Shown: positions 18,813-28,853, numbered from the stretch's first letter. The stretch: 64,000 nt of DNA from Elusimicrobiota bacterium (GCA_016788905.1 JAEURZ010000001.1:118944-182943); one strand, 5' to 3'. A program made the numbers and translations. The notes: generated by a model not told the origin, from the sequence alone.

Positions 18813-21065
18813 TTAACCGCGCGGTCCTTCTTGGGACGTCGACACTTGGGCCAATTCCAAAACCAGGTTACCGGCCCAACGATAAATATTGTTTTCACGA
18901 ACGTTTTCCCGCATTCGGCGCATGCGTTCTCGCCGATCGGCCGGGTCGAGATTGAGCCCCGTGTAAATGGCGTCCGCTGTTTGTTCCACATCGTAGGGAT
19001 TGATTAACAAAGCGTCGCGAAGTTCCCGGGAAGCCCCCGCGAACCGTGACAAAATCAGAACACCATCACTGTCGTCCCGAGCCACCACAAACTCCTTGGC
19101 CACCAGGTTCATCCCATCGTGCAAACTGGTCACCAGACACACATCGGCCCGCTTGTAAAAGGGACGGATTTCAGCCGGGTTGTGGTGCCGTTTTAAGAAG
19201 ACAATGGCTTTCCATGACTTGGCCTTAAACTTTAAATTAATACGGTCCGCTTCCTGGTCCACTTCCGCCAAGAAATCCGCGTAACGCTTAATGTGCGTTC
19301 GGCTGGGGGCCCCCAATTGAACCAACGTAAACCGCCCCTGGTAATCCGGGTATTTCTCCAAGAACCGTTCCACCGCACGAAATCGTTCTAGGATCCCTTT
19401 CGTGTAATCCACACGGTCCACCCCGACCGCCAGAAACTCCGCCTTAACACCGAGCTCTTTAAGAAGCTCTTCTTTCCCAGGGACCGGAGCCCCTTTCTTT
19501 GTTTCCGATGGAAAATCGACGCTAATGGGAAAAGGCTTCACCAGGGTCGAGTGGCCACCTTTGTTGATGGTAAAGCGTTCCCATTCGATACGACATTCCA
19601 GCGTACGGTCAACGGTGTCCAGAAAATTATTGGCGTGGAACTGGGTGTGAAAACCAATAAGATCGGCGCCCAACATTCCATAAAGGATTTCTTTCTGCCA
19701 GGGACAGATCCCAAAAGCTTCCGGGTTCGTCCACGGGATATGCCAGAAAAGACCGATCCGCGCGTCGGGACGTTTGTCCTTGATCAAACGGGGCAAAAGA
19801 GCGAAATGGTAATCTTGAAGAAGAACCAGAGGTTCCGTCATGCCTTCGATTTCTTCCAACACATTGGCGGCAAATTTGGCGTTCACCGCGGTGTATTGCT
19901 CCCAATCGGACGGGCGGAAAATCGGTCGCGCGTGGGCAATGTGACACAGGGGCCAGAGCCCTTCGTTTGAGAAACCGAAATAGTAGCCGTTCTCTTCTTC
20001 TTCTGTCAGGGCCACTCGTTTCAGAGTGTAGTGGGGGTCCTCGGGTGGAACGCGAATACGGTTCTTGTCATCCACCACGTCCCAGTCGGCGTCCCCCGAT
20101 CCGTGGGCAATCCACAATCCGTCCGTGGCACGAAGGACGGGGTCCAAAGCGGCCACCAATCCACCGGCAGGAATAATGCATTCTATTTTTCGGCCCCGAT
20201 GCAAATGCATGTAGGGCTCTCGGTTCGACACCACGATGAGGGGCTTTCCCTGCAGACGGTTTTTCATCACCTCTTTTAGTTTTTCAGGAGTCCAAAGAGC
20301 CTCCGATTGATGGCGCAAGCGAGCCTCTTCTTCGGCGGCGGTTCGGGCCCGATTGAGGTGTTGAGCAAACGTACTCACCTCACGGGCAATGGGAGACAGG
20401 GCGTCTTCTTTGGGGACCGAGAGGTTGGACAAATCTTCACCCGCACGAAGACGTTTCATCCAATCGGCCATTCGAGCGATGGGGCCTTGCACACTCCAGC
20501 GAACCACCAAGAGCGTAATCAACGTGATCAAAGCCATTTGAATAAGGACGCGTAAAAAAGCCCGTTTCCAGATGTTGTTCAAATGCGCGGGAATGTGGGC
20601 CGCCTCCTGAACCAGAAGGATAACCCCCTTGTTGTTCTCCGGGTCGCCCAGAGGGTGACCAAAGACGTGCATGCGCACGCCCGCCAACATCTCAAACGTA
20701 CCGGAAGGTTTGGTGGGGAGGTCCTTGACCCCGTGGGGCCGCTCTTTCAAGGGTTCAGACAAGGCCTTTGACACAGCCAGGACGCTCCCGTCCGCACCAT
20801 AGACCGCCGTTCCCTTCACCCGTTCTCGATTGGAAAATTTCTCGACCAACCGGCCCAAGGCCGGGGAGGATCCCCGGGCCAACAAGGATTCCACGTTGTC
20901 CTGAAGACTCTCGCACAAAAGGAGTGCGCGACGGTCCATTTCGGTTTCCAGGCGGGTTCTCTCTTCGATGACTTGGAAACGGGCAAACAGAGCCGCCACA
21001 CCGGCCACAGCCACCACAAGTGAGACAATCAAACGGAAAGTGATTCGCATTTTAGGGGTCCCCAT
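18813..21065 (-). CDS. otsA: alpha,alpha-trehalose-phosphate synthase (GT20) fused to an N-terminal membrane-anchored sensor/HAMP-like region
   Basis: The C-terminal ~480 aa is a GT20 OtsA domain (VVSNREPYMH..., LWIAHGSGDA, HDGMNLVAKEF). The N-terminal ~270 aa carries two TM helices around an extracytoplasmic segment of about 150 aa, followed by a HAMP-like amphipathic segment. Confidence 0.85.
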   Translation of the reverse strand: MGTPKMRITFRLIVSLVVAVAGVAALFARFQVIEERTRLETEMDRRALLLCESLQDNVESLLARGSSPALGRLVEKFSNRERVKGTAVYGADGSVLAVSKALSEPLKERPHGVKDLPTKPSGTFEMLAGVRMHVFGHPLGDPENNKGVILLVQEAAHIPAHLNNIWKRAFLRVLIQMALITLITLLVVRWSVQGPIARMADWMKRLRAGEDLSNLSVPKEDALSPIAREVSTFAQHLNRARTAAEEEARLRHQSEALWTPEKLKEVMKNRLQGKPLIVVSNREPYMHLHRGRKIECIIPAGGLVAALDPVLRATDGLWIAHGSGDADWDVVDDKNRIRVPPEDPHYTLKRVALTEEEENGYYFGFSNEGLWPLCHIAHARPIFRPSDWEQYTAVNAKFAANVLEEIEGMTEPLVLLQDYHFALLPRLIKDKRPDARIGLFWHIPWTNPEAFGICPWQKEILYGMLGADLIGFHTQFHANNFLDTVDRTLECRIEWERFTINKGGHSTLVKPFPISVDFPSETKKGAPVPGKEELLKELGVKAEFLAVGVDRVDYTKGILERFRAVERFLEKYPDYQGRFTLVQLGAPSRTHIKRYADFLAEVDQEADRINLKFKAKSWKAIVFLKRHHNPAEIRPFYKRADVCLVTSLHDGMNLVAKEFVVARDDSDGVLILSRFAGASRELRDALLINPYDVEQTADAIYTGLNLDPADRRERMRRMRENVRENNIYRWAGNLVLELAQVSTSQEGPRG

Positions 21066-21180
21066 TTTATGTATTCAGCTGACGCGCAGCCGGACCGCAC
21101 TCTTGTCGGGAAGCGGGGAGAAGTCTAAGCCTAATTTTATCGCTTTAGGACGGTCCTGTATACCGGTTCACTTGAAATCC

Positions 21181-23022
21181 CTAAACTTTTTTAAGGAGTT
21201 TTAAAAACCCCGCAAGTTTTGAATCTGAGAAAACCATATGAACCAGCACCCCCCCCGCGGGAATCGGCGTATCGGGCTGGGGAAACACCACCTGTCCCTC
21301 CACCAAAGCGTAAAAAGGCCATGTGATTTTTTTCTCGGCCAGGCTCTCTGGAGATAGGGTGAGGGGCGTGTCCACCGACAATCGTTCCAAAGATAGCCTT
21401 TTTTCCTCTAACTCCTCCCAAATGGAAGGCTGATCATCTGCGGGAGGAGACAGCAAGGGTCTCCCCCACGTCGCATCGTACGCCGTGGAATGGACACTTT
21501 CCCAGGTGTCCCCGCCTCCCCACAACCGATACGTGTTGGCTTTGCCAAGAAATCGGGAAAAGGCCTGACACGACAACACGTTGACCTCATGGTTTGACGT
21601 TAAAGCAACCATTCGCCCAATCCCTTTGAAATCCAAAGATTCCAGTCGGCCCGCGTCGAAACCGCTTCCGAGCGAAGCGGAAAACCCTTCTTTACGGGCC
21701 TTCCGACAAAATTGGGGATTTGTATCCACGAAAACAGAGACCACCCCGTCCTTCAGAAGTTCGGCGGCCAAGAGCCTTCCCAAAGGGTTCGCGCCAACAA
21801 TGACAAGATTCTTGCCGGGCTCCTCACGGACGTTCAACAAACGAGCGGCCCAGGGAGAAACCACCGCGTAAAAGACAATGGTCCCCACAATGACGAAAAA
21901 AGCCGCCGGGAGAAAAAAAGTTGTCCCCGGAATATTATGATCCACCAGGGCCACCGCAAACAAAGAAGCCAACGCCGCCGAAACAATTCCTCGAGGCGCC
22001 AATAACGAAATAAAAACCGTTTCCCGCCAGGGCATCCGGCCTCCCCCCCAGGAACTGGCGAGAACAGAAAGAGGGCGAATCAAAAAAATCATGACAACCA
22101 AGAGAACCCCGGATGGCTTCGCCCACAAAACCAAGTCCCCCACGGGAATTCCGCTGGAGAGAAGGATGAAGAGAACCGAAAGGGAAAAGAGGGTGAGCTG
22201 CCTTCCGAACCGAAGTATTTCTTCCTTCCCCGGGAACGCACTGTTCCCCACATAAATACCCGCCACGGTGGCCACCACCAGCCCTGTTTCAGATAAAATC
22301 ACATCGGAAACTCCAAAGAAAAACAAAACCGCCGCCAGCATAAACAACCCGCCGAACTCGTCCCCTTCAAAACGGAGCAACCGACTCTTGCGCAACGAAC
22401 CCGTGATGACCGCGCCTGCCGCCAGTCCCAGAATCGCCCCCAGAACGAGTCGAGCGGCAAAGAGGCCGAGGCCCCCCACCCACCCCACATGGTTTAAGTG
22501 CAAGAGCTCAAACACCACAACGGCCATGACAACCCCCAGGGGGTCAACCAGAATCCCCTCCCATTTGAGTACGTTATGAAGTTGTTCCCGGACTCGAACA
22601 CGCTGGAGAATAGGGCCCACAACGGTGGGCCCGGTGACAATCATGAGGGCACCGAACAGGACCGCCACCCGCCAGGGAGCCCCGATCAACCCATGAACAG
22701 CCAACGTTACCCCGGCCCAAGTCACCAACACCCCCACGCTTAAAAGGTTGCGAACGATCCCAGAAACCTCTCGGAATTGATCTTTTTTTAAGGACGCCCC
22801 CCCCTCAAAGAGGACCAAGGCGGCCAGGAGGGAAATATAGGTCGAGAGATTGGACCGAAACACTTCGGGTTGGACCAGTCCCGCAAAGTGAGGTCCCAGC
22901 CCAATTCCCGCACACAATAAAAAAAGGATGCTGGGAATACGTGTTCGCTGGGCAATCAGCAGGCAAGCCACACCGCCAACAATCATGAACAGAATAGTGA
23001 GGAGGGGCTGGTGAACCATCAT
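21181..23022 (-). CDS. CPA1-family cation/proton antiporter with C-terminal TrkA-N/TrkA-C regulatory domains (NhaP2/CvrA-like)
   Basis: About 400 aa polytopic Na_H exchanger region. A Rossmann GxGxxG (IVGANPLG) and a TrkA-C-like tail follow. Confidence 0.8.
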   Translation of the reverse strand: MMVHQPLLTILFMIVGGVACLLIAQRTRIPSILFLLCAGIGLGPHFAGLVQPEVFRSNLSTYISLLAALVLFEGGASLKKDQFREVSGIVRNLLSVGVLVTWAGVTLAVHGLIGAPWRVAVLFGALMIVTGPTVVGPILQRVRVREQLHNVLKWEGILVDPLGVVMAVVVFELLHLNHVGWVGGLGLFAARLVLGAILGLAAGAVITGSLRKSRLLRFEGDEFGGLFMLAAVLFFFGVSDVILSETGLVVATVAGIYVGNSAFPGKEEILRFGRQLTLFSLSVLFILLSSGIPVGDLVLWAKPSGVLLVVMIFLIRPLSVLASSWGGGRMPWRETVFISLLAPRGIVSAALASLFAVALVDHNIPGTTFFLPAAFFVIVGTIVFYAVVSPWAARLLNVREEPGKNLVIVGANPLGRLLAAELLKDGVVSVFVDTNPQFCRKARKEGFSASLGSGFDAGRLESLDFKGIGRMVALTSNHEVNVLSCQAFSRFLGKANTYRLWGGGDTWESVHSTAYDATWGRPLLSPPADDQPSIWEELEEKRLSLERLSVDTPLTLSPESLAEKKITWPFYALVEGQVVFPQPDTPIPAGGVLVHMVFSDSKLAGFLKLLKKV

Positions 23023-23099
23023 GGGGATTCTACTTTAGGATTTAGTGGACCCGAATTCCACCCCCGTTTAAACCGGACGGGGTTGAAAAGAAGACGGGG

Positions 23100-24002
23100 T
23101 TAGCGTTTCACGTTCACATCAAGCCCAGGGACAGACAAGACTTCGAATCCCGCCGTGGCAATCCGCAAACGGGTCGGGTTTTTATCGACCTCTTCTAAGA
23201 GACGGCAAAACAATCGATCCTTCGTTGTCCTGCGTCTCCGGTAATCCACGATGTAACGCAGAGTAAATTCTATCCAGTTTTCATCGGCACGCAACGTGAC
23301 GATGGGCGCAATGTCCGTGTCTTCCAACAAATATTTCCTAGAAAGGACCTCCCACGAGGCCCGTGTGCGAGCGGCGTAATCCCCCACCACTTCGTCCGCC
23401 ACGCGGGTCAAGGTTTCTTTGGCAAAAACCCAATCCGAACCATAGCGCACGGGGAAAATAATTTCATCCCAAAGGAACGGAAAATCCGCGGAATAGTTGT
23501 AGACGGGTTCTTTAAATACAAAACTGTTCGCCACCCGCACGATCCGGCCGTTGTATTGGTCCGCGTTCACCCATTGACCTACTTCCATCAGGGTGGTACG
23601 CAAGACCCCGATATCGATCACGTCCCCTTTCGTCCCTCCCAACTGAATGCGGTCCCCTGGACTGTAAAAGTTTCCAAACGAAACCGCGATCCATCCCGCC
23701 ACACTGGCAATGACTTCCTGCAAGGCAAAAGCAATCCCAGCCCCGGCCACCCCAAACGCCACTGTAAATCGGGACAACCGATCACTGAAGATTGCCCCCA
23801 CGATAAAAAAAGCAATCAGATATCCTGTAAAACCTATGATTTTCTTGGCGCGGTAACGAAGTTCCGTGCTTTTAACTCGCCCCCCCACCCAATTCTGTAA
23901 CCCTCGAATAAGCAGAGAGGTCATAATCAATCCGATCCCCACAGCAATCACCTTCCCCAGAGAGGGATCAAAGACCCACTTTTTAACTAAATCCATTGTC
24001 AT
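23100..24002 (-). CDS. MscS-family mechanosensitive channel
   Basis: Three TM helices followed by the MscS beta-domain (GDRIQLGG..GDVIDIGVLRTTL). Confidence 0.8.
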   Translation of the reverse strand: MTMDLVKKWVFDPSLGKVIAVGIGLIMTSLLIRGLQNWVGGRVKSTELRYRAKKIIGFTGYLIAFFIVGAIFSDRLSRFTVAFGVAGAGIAFALQEVIASVAGWIAVSFGNFYSPGDRIQLGGTKGDVIDIGVLRTTLMEVGQWVNADQYNGRIVRVANSFVFKEPVYNYSADFPFLWDEIIFPVRYGSDWVFAKETLTRVADEVVGDYAARTRASWEVLSRKYLLEDTDIAPIVTLRADENWIEFTLRYIVDYRRRRTTKDRLFCRLLEEVDKNPTRLRIATAGFEVLSVPGLDVNVKR

Positions 24003-24062
24003 CGTATCCTCCGAACAAGAAAAGAATGTCTTGAAAAAATGACCTTCGTGTAGGCTTCCCCG

Positions 24063-25112
24063 TCAGGAGGGACCCGTCGAAAATCGATAGGAAATGAGGA
24101 GACTAGCCCCGTAGAGACTTGTGAGGAGAAGGGAAGCAATCCCCACCCGCCAGACGCGATCCCCGCTTCGGGACGCGAGCGCCCCCAAAACGATGGCTTG
24201 CATCACGATGGCAATCCCCGCCATGGCAATGGACGAAAGGGCTTCTCCTGGGGACAAGAGAGAGAGGATTCTTCCGGGGAAATAAAATAAATCAGCGATG
24301 GCTAAGACGGTCAACACAATGGCGTTAGCGCCCAAGATGTTTCCAACGGCAAGGTCAAATTCACGCTTTTTGGCGCACGCCGTAGCGTTGGAAATTTCAG
24401 GTAAACTCGTCACAACGCCCAAGAGGATGGCTCCCGCAAACGTCGCACCAAGACTGTAATGGGAGGCCAATCCTTGTGCCGCAACACCGAGATTGTAGGC
24501 GGACACGAGGATCACTCCCGCTATTCCCGCGTAGACAAAAAAGAGTCCCGTTAACGACATCCGGTTGAACACGGTGGATACATTGACCCTTCGTTCCTCT
24601 CCCGATCCGCCTCGCGCCAGTCTCAAGAGAACAAATTGGCCCAAGGCGAACAAAGCCAGAATCGTGAGGGGCGTCAATCCCACATGCCCCAAACCGAAAC
24701 TCATTCCACCCCCACCCGCCCCGATAGAGAGCCCTGTGACCAGAGTGCCCAGAAGAGCGCATCCTAACAGACCTGTGGCCACGTGATTCGAGGAAACTCG
24801 GCGATAAATAGAATCCACCCCCACCAAATCGACCAACGCAAGGATAAACAGGTTAAAAACGATGCTCCCGAGAATTCCCCCTACGGCCATCCCCGGGGCC
24901 CCCCGGAGAACAACCGTCACGGAAGAAACCAGTTCGGGCAACGTGGTGGCCAGCGACAAGAATACGGCTCCCGACCAGGCACGCCCCAACCCCAGCCGCT
25001 CCCCCAATTCCCCACTCACGCGGCCAATACTAATGCCCGCCGCCACAACAAAGAGCGCTGACAAAACAAATCTCATCCAGAGGAAATCGATGGTTGAGGG
25101 GAGGGTCATCAT
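24063..25112 (-). CDS. Ca2+/Na+(H+) antiporter, CaCA family (YrbG-like)
   Basis: Two alpha-repeat motifs (GAT..ALGSS.PEL.., GNILGANAIVLTVL). 349 aa, about 10 TM helices. Confidence 0.8.
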   Translation of the reverse strand: MMTLPSTIDFLWMRFVLSALFVVAAGISIGRVSGELGERLGLGRAWSGAVFLSLATTLPELVSSVTVVLRGAPGMAVGGILGSIVFNLFILALVDLVGVDSIYRRVSSNHVATGLLGCALLGTLVTGLSIGAGGGGMSFGLGHVGLTPLTILALFALGQFVLLRLARGGSGEERRVNVSTVFNRMSLTGLFFVYAGIAGVILVSAYNLGVAAQGLASHYSLGATFAGAILLGVVTSLPEISNATACAKKREFDLAVGNILGANAIVLTVLAIADLFYFPGRILSLLSPGEALSSIAMAGIAIVMQAIVLGALASRSGDRVWRVGIASLLLTSLYGASLLISYRFSTGPS

Positions 25113-25268
25113 GATTTAGGGAAACAAAAACTTCCGGAGGACCCCATCCATCAGAAATCGGACAGGGAAGCCCCCCAAACTACCGGTGGAAAACTCACGT
25201 GATCTATTCAGTCGATCGCTGTGGGGCATGGCCCATTTTAAGAGTTTGGTCTGGGCACGTCAATTCAG

Positions 25269-26201
25269 TCACTCTTCTATCCGTGAGTTCCATTGGGAAC
25301 CGTTCCTTTTCCAGTAGGGGAGACGTTCGGACTTTTTTAAGAGGCCCTGTTCGCCTTCGCTTGTGGTCCATTTCAGGATCCGGTGTGGAGCAACAGCCTC
25401 CACGTGAAAGGTCCAGGCCGGACCTCCTTCCGTTTCGGCTGTCCAGACTTCGGCGGCAAAAGTGCCGGCGGGAACTTTGATCGATTCGCTCGTTAAACCG
25501 CGGGAGAGCTTGGTGTTTTTCCACACCAGGGGGGTGTGGTTCAACCGGGACGTGACCAAGGAGAGAAGAAGCGGAACGTCACGGGTTTCGCCAGGATTCA
25601 AGCGAGGGTTGGCCCAGCCACGGGCCCAGAGAAAAAGAGCGTCCTCACTGGCTCCCTTTTCCGGAAAAGGGAGCTGGGAATTCCCGTCCGCTTCCCCATC
25701 AAAGTAACTGTGCCACAGCGTGTTCACGGAATCTTTTCGGAACAGGGCTTGCTCATAGACCTGCCCGCACCATTCCTGAGCCGAAAAAGAAATTTTGGCC
25801 GGTGTCCCCGCGGCCTGTTGACCGCGTAATCCTTTTCCCCCAAAGGGTTCCAGCCCCAGAAAAACGCTGGTCATCAAGTTGTAATCGTAAACCCCTGTGG
25901 GGAAATCGCGCACAACGTTAAGCTTCATCACTTGAAACTCGTCAGATTTCGGATTCTTTCCCGGGTCCGCCTTCACCCGCTTCGAATCCGAAAAAGGTTC
26001 CGTCACGAAAATTAAGACGGCCGTTCCTTGACGGAGTTCCCCGTAACGGGGGAACGTGAGCTCATACCCTGACACTTCCGCCTTTCCATCGCCCCAATGG
26101 TCCCAGAAGGTTTTGTCAAAGGGAGCCGCAGGGACCATTGACGCGAGGAACAACGTGGCCCCCAACACCCCACCCCATCGGATCAAGGAAACGTGGGGCA
26201 C
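25269..26201 (-). CDS. hypothetical exported protein
   Basis: Signal peptide (VLGATLFLASMVPAAP). 310 aa. No recognisable family. Confidence 0.5.
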   Translation of the reverse strand: MPHVSLIRWGGVLGATLFLASMVPAAPFDKTFWDHWGDGKAEVSGYELTFPRYGELRQGTAVLIFVTEPFSDSKRVKADPGKNPKSDEFQVMKLNVVRDFPTGVYDYNLMTSVFLGLEPFGGKGLRGQQAAGTPAKISFSAQEWCGQVYEQALFRKDSVNTLWHSYFDGEADGNSQLPFPEKGASEDALFLWARGWANPRLNPGETRDVPLLLSLVTSRLNHTPLVWKNTKLSRGLTSESIKVPAGTFAAEVWTAETEGGPAWTFHVEAVAPHRILKWTTSEGEQGLLKKSERLPYWKRNGSQWNSRIEE

Positions 26202-26203
26202 GC

Positions 26204-26767
26204 TTATTCCCCTGTGATCGTAATCACGCCACAGGCCACACGTCCCCCCGCGTTCCCAACGGGTTGGCTAAAGTCGTCCACCTTCTCATGAACGATCACA
26301 GCCCTCCCGGCCACCGTGGACTTGCCTTGCGACAGAGTAATTTTCGGGAGAACCGTTTTCAATCGAGCGGTACCGTCTGCACCCACCGTTAGGTTCCCCA
26401 TGTCTCCCGCGTGGGCCCGATGGGGCCCGTCTTTCGGGAGATACCCATGGGGAGAACTTTTGGGATTGTAATGGCCCCCAGCGGCTTTCCCGATATCGGC
26501 GCAAAGCCCGAACTGATGGATATGGAAGGCGTGCAACCCGGGGGCCAGTCCCGCTAACGTGGCGGTCACTTCCAACCCTTTTTGCGTGTCTTGAAACGAG
26601 ACGGTCCCCGCAATGGAAGATTCGGCGGCGGTTCCCTTCAGGATCGCCACCCCTTTTTCCGCTAAAACAGCCGATGCCGTTCCAAGGGTTAAAATGACAA
26701 CCAAAACTTTTAATCGGTGGGGACCCCGCCTCATCTGAATTTTCATAGGAAGCTCCTTTCCCTGCAC
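26204..26767 (-). CDS. sodC: periplasmic Cu/Zn superoxide dismutase
   Basis: Signal peptide. Cu/Zn ligands HAFHIHQFGLC, GGHYNP, HAGDMGN and GGRVACGVI. Confidence 0.9.
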   Translation of the reverse strand: MQGKELPMKIQMRRGPHRLKVLVVILTLGTASAVLAEKGVAILKGTAAESSIAGTVSFQDTQKGLEVTATLAGLAPGLHAFHIHQFGLCADIGKAAGGHYNPKSSPHGYLPKDGPHRAHAGDMGNLTVGADGTARLKTVLPKITLSQGKSTVAGRAVIVHEKVDDFSQPVGNAGGRVACGVITITGE

Positions 26768-26806
26768 TCGTTCGATTTGGTAGAACTATAAAATCCTCTT
26801 TCAAGT

Positions 26807-28762
26807 ATGGTAATCTTTTTAACAAGATTCGCGTTAAAAAGTTTCCTGGGAGACCGCCCTCTTTTGAAACAGAGAAAACCCCCTATTCATCAACACTCTC
26901 CGGTGACGCAAGGCCCCTTAAAACCCATCCGATGGATCGCGACTCTTGTGGGGGTCCTCGTCTTTTTTCTGTATGTCAAAACCAGTTCGCTCACATTGAT
27001 TTCCTGTGGTGATTCGGCCGAAATGACCGCCGCGGCCGCCAGTTTTGGTGTCGCCCACGCCCCAGGCTATCCCCTCTTCACCCTGGGTGGGGGTGTTTTT
27101 TCTCTCTTCACTCCACACGCTCCGGCGTGGGGGGTGCATCTCTTTAACGCGTTAAGTGGATCCCTTGCCATCGTTGCCCTGTTCTTCATTCTGACCCTTC
27201 TTACAGGGCAACTTCTTGCCGCTTTCGCGGGAGCCTTAACCTTGGCGTGTTCCTATCACTTTTGGTTATACGCTCACGTTCCAGAGATCACCGCCTTGAA
27301 CGCCTTTTTCTATGGACTCATCGTGTTAAGCGTTCTCAACCTCTCCCCGTCCTTTCAAACCCCTGAAGAGGCCATTAGGACAAACCCTAAAAAGTTGTAC
27401 GGACTCGCCTTCTTTTTGGGCCTCGCTTTTTCTCACCACCACTCCATTGTTTTCATGGTTCCGGGAGTGCTGATCGGGGTGATCGCGTGGGCCAAAAAAA
27501 ACAAAACACCTCTGGGGCCCAAAGCATGGCTCGCGGCCGTGGGATGCCTTTTTATCGGTCTCACCCCCTACCTTTACGTTCCCCTCCGAGCGCACGCCAT
27601 GCCGTACATGAACGCGGGAACCGTAACAACTTTTTCCCGCTTCATTGACCATTTCACACGTCGCGCCTATGGCGTCACGTCCCTCACACCGGAATACACT
27701 CCCTTCAACGAACCGGCGATGGCCTCCGTGTTGGCGTTCTATGGCCAATCCCTCTTAAAAAGTTTTTCTTGGGCGGGAATTGTCTTGGGCCTTTGGGGGT
27801 TTGGCGTCCTTCTTTGGAAGTCTCCCCGGATCTTCCTTATGATCGGCTTGTCGGGATTTTTAGCTGGGCCCTTTTTTCTCGCCTGGGCCGGAATGCCCGC
27901 CACTTCCGTTGTGCTGAAAACCATTTTGGAACGGTTTTTTGTGGCTTCATTTTTATTATTCGCGGTGGGAATTGGGGTTGGGATGGCACAACTTTCTGAA
28001 CACGTTCGAAAAAGTGCCGGGGGAAAAAGGCACCCCAAAACCGCGGCCGCCCTGGTTTTTGTGTTGTTGTTGGTTCTTCCCACCTTCCTTCTGGCCCGAA
28101 ACTTCCGCCGGCTCAACTTTGCCACCTTTGACCTCTGTGAGAGATACGGGCGAGACCTGCTCTTCACTCTCCCTCCCAACGCGGTCCTTTTCGTTAACGG
28201 GGACAATTCACTTTTTACTCTTTGGTATCTCCAACGACTTTCCCGGGTCCGGACCGACATCAAGATTTTAAACGCCAACATCAGTGCCGCCTACGCGGAC
28301 CACATCCGGGTTCACTATCCGGAACTCGGTTTCGGTCCCCAGGGAACCCCCACTCTAAAAAAAGTGATCACAAATAATTACGGGAAGTTTCCCCTCTTCC
28401 TTATTGGGGTGCCGGGGACGGAATTTCAGGAGTTGGGCGTTCTGGGAAATCCCTTCGTTTTACGTCCCAGCGGTTTGGCGTTTGAGATCGCGCAAGACGT
28501 GAATCTCGAGATGGAACCCGAGGGGTTGGATTCCTGGGCGGGAGTACCGCCCGTTCCCGCTGCTTTACGGGAGAATTATTTTGTGGAAGAAATTTTCTAC
28601 CTCTATTCCATTGGCCATTACAACCGGGCCGTGATCCACGCCACCCAAGGGCACTTTCGCGCCTCCTATGACGCATCCCAAATGGCGTTGGATGTGGATC
28701 CCCATTTTGAACTGGCGCGTACCTTGAGAAACCGGATGGCCCAAAAAGTGGGATGGCGCTAG
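26807..28762 (+). CDS. DUF2723/TMEM260-like GT-C-fold membrane protein (protein O-mannosyltransferase-like) with a C-terminal TPR-like region
   Basis: N-proximal DSAEM...GVAHAPGYPLFTL motif and about 10 TM helices, then a soluble C-terminus. The true start may be internal, around 26940. Confidence 0.65.
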   Translation: MVIFLTRFALKSFLGDRPLLKQRKPPIHQHSPVTQGPLKPIRWIATLVGVLVFFLYVKTSSLTLISCGDSAEMTAAAASFGVAHAPGYPLFTLGGGVFSLFTPHAPAWGVHLFNALSGSLAIVALFFILTLLTGQLLAAFAGALTLACSYHFWLYAHVPEITALNAFFYGLIVLSVLNLSPSFQTPEEAIRTNPKKLYGLAFFLGLAFSHHHSIVFMVPGVLIGVIAWAKKNKTPLGPKAWLAAVGCLFIGLTPYLYVPLRAHAMPYMNAGTVTTFSRFIDHFTRRAYGVTSLTPEYTPFNEPAMASVLAFYGQSLLKSFSWAGIVLGLWGFGVLLWKSPRIFLMIGLSGFLAGPFFLAWAGMPATSVVLKTILERFFVASFLLFAVGIGVGMAQLSEHVRKSAGGKRHPKTAAALVFVLLLVLPTFLLARNFRRLNFATFDLCERYGRDLLFTLPPNAVLFVNGDNSLFTLWYLQRLSRVRTDIKILNANISAAYADHIRVHYPELGFGPQGTPTLKKVITNNYGKFPLFLIGVPGTEFQELGVLGNPFVLRPSGLAFEIAQDVNLEMEPEGLDSWAGVPPVPAALRENYFVEEIFYLYSIGHYNRAVIHATQGHFRASYDASQMALDVDPHFELARTLRNRMAQKVGWR

Positions 28763-28853
28763 CGCGGTCGCGGGGACTACGGACAAACTTTTTTGGGAAG
28801 GAAAAAGGCCCGATTTTTTTGTCGAATCCCGTGATTCAACTGGGGATTTCGGG

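Noticed and set aside
18806-18991. Upstream ATG at 18991 as the ClC channel start (ORF-track start)
   Set aside because: It would add a 62-aa non-ClC-like N-terminus and overlap the otsA 3' end by about 180 nt. The ATG at 18805 (MFTLL...) begins the conserved region 7 nt after the otsA stop.
25113-25268. Small hairpin (GGAAC-C-GTTCC) and the region between the CaCA gene and the downstream hypothetical exported gene as a terminator
   Set aside because: The stem is too short and the loop too small. There is no U-tract.
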